Assembly (NCBI GenBank): GCA_016931555.1
Contig: JAFGEM010000074.1
Location: 1-34,861 of the forward strand
Direction: 5' to 3'
Source of the DNA: Candidatus Iainarchaeum sp.
GTDB lineage: Archaea; Iainarchaeota; Iainarchaeia; Iainarchaeales; GCA-2688035
Length of the DNA: 34,861 bases
Part shown: positions 34,332 through 34,861 of the stretch, in pieces
Numbering within the stretch: the first letter of the stretch is position 1
How the letters are laid out: each line of letters starts with the position of its first letter
The notes under the pieces: model-generated
Databases searched by the model: none
What the model saw: the letters and a program-made list of their open reading frames with translations, nothing else
Told to the model about the DNA's origin: nothing
Made by a program: the position numbers and the translations under genes

Positions 34332-34643
34332 TTATAATTCTATTCCTTCTTTTAACGCACTTTTCATTGTCCCGTATTCCTTGCTTTTTGCTGCAAATTC
34401 TTCGGGAGTGTAGCAGAATGCGTCTATATTTTGCGCGTGCTTCCAAAACTCGTACATTTTTGCTGTTCTTTCCGTAAATCTCAGATCTTTGAATTTTTCC
34501 GAAACCAGTATTATGTCGTAATCACTTTTTTTTAAGTAGTCTCCGCGTGCCCTGCTGCCAAAGAAAATGGCTTTTTCTATTGGGTATTTTTTCTTTACTT
34601 TTTTGACAAATTCTTTTATTTTTGCATCTGTTTTTTTGCCCAT
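34332..34643 (-). CDS. Minimal nucleotidyltransferase (MNT-type antitoxin)
   Basis: FFGSRARGDYLKKSDYDIILV matches the GSxxRG...SDxD nucleotidyltransferase motif. 103 aa. Confidence 0.8.
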   Translation of the reverse strand: MGKKTDAKIKEFVKKVKKKYPIEKAIFFGSRARGDYLKKSDYDIILVSEKFKDLRFTERTAKMYEFWKHAQNIDAFCYTPEEFAAKSKEYGTMKSALKEGIEL

Positions 34644-34861
34644 TCAAGCACCTCTGCTGCGGTTTTTTCATGCCTTTGTGAAATTTCTTTGTCATACAGT
34701 TCTGCGGGAACACCGTTTGCCATGTCAGGATATCTTGTCGTCATGTATTCCGGATTTAGGTCTCTTATTCCTGATAAAAGTTTTTCGGGGCTTTTGAGTT
34801 TTTGCGCGAGATAGATTATTGAATGCCCCTGGGGGATTTCTTTGAGCTTTGAAAGCGCCAG
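34616..34861 (-). CDS. HEPN-domain protein, 5'-truncated by the window edge
   Basis: Not in the ORF track because no start lies in the window. My translation of the minus strand from 34861 gives LALSKLKEIPQGHSIIYLAQKL...LNPEYMTTRYPDMANGVPAELYDKEISQRHEKTAAEVLEWAKKQMQK-stop, a typical HEPN C-terminus. It overlaps the MNT start by 28 nt. Confidence 0.75.
   Translation of the reverse strand: MALSKLKEIPQGHSIIYLAQKLKSPEKLLSGIRDLNPEYMTTRYPDMANGVPAELYDKEISQRHEKTAAEVLEWAKKQMQK

Noticed and set aside
1-34861. CRISPR arrays, tRNA and rRNA genes, transposase or integrase genes
   Set aside because: - I found no regularly spaced direct repeats.
- I found no T-loop-like GGTTCGAAT/GTTCAAATC context with acceptor pairing.
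- No ORF has DDE or tyrosine/serine recombinase motifs.
- The only repeats seen are the two pairs reported at 17237/17975 and 25770/26538.

Overview
This is a low-GC, densely coding window that looks archaeal, probably from a small-genome or DPANN-like lineage. The archaeal signals are a class III (type IV pilin) signal peptide, DtdA, the thiolase/HMG-CoA synthase/DUF35 trio, A/T-rich TATA-like promoters, and GGTGA-type Shine-Dalgarno sequences. All calls rest on reading the supplied ORF translations and the DNA and on recalled family motifs; no database search was run.

Main blocks:
- 6-12707 (minus strand): one co-directional, largely overlap-coupled operon encoding the complete archaeal-type mevalonate pathway. 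It contains HMG-CoA reductase, HMG-CoA synthase, thiolase, DUF35, mevalonate kinase, UbiX, a UbiD-type decarboxylase, AcnX large and small subunits, IP kinase and type 2 IPP isomerase. Three embedded extras are a GltD-like FeS flavoprotein, a Nudix hydrolase and a basic-tailed unknown protein.
- 12.8-16.7 kb: small unknown proteins, a wHTH protein, a TAT lipoprotein, DtdA and GGPP synthase.
- 16.8-18.8 kb: a pilin gene followed by two secreted paralogs that share a ~136-bp conserved 5' end.
- 18.9-25.7 kb: a two-domain ThyX-like protein, a TAT-signal glucosaminidase-like protein, PPDK (TTG start), unknown proteins and a Cys-rich lipoprotein.
- 25.77-27.2 kb: a vapBC-like cassette bracketed by two copies of the 3' end of a solo Cas4-like nuclease gene.
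- 27.3-29.9 kb: a coiled-coil protein convergent with a KaiC-like ATPase and its P-loop-less paralog.
- 30.0-32.4 kb: two GT4 glycosyltransferases, one apparently needing an ATT start.
- 32.5-34.3 kb: bacterial-type coaE and coaD separated by an unknown gene.
- 34.3-34.86 kb: a HEPN/MNT pair running off the right edge.

I found no rRNA gene, tRNA gene or CRISPR array.
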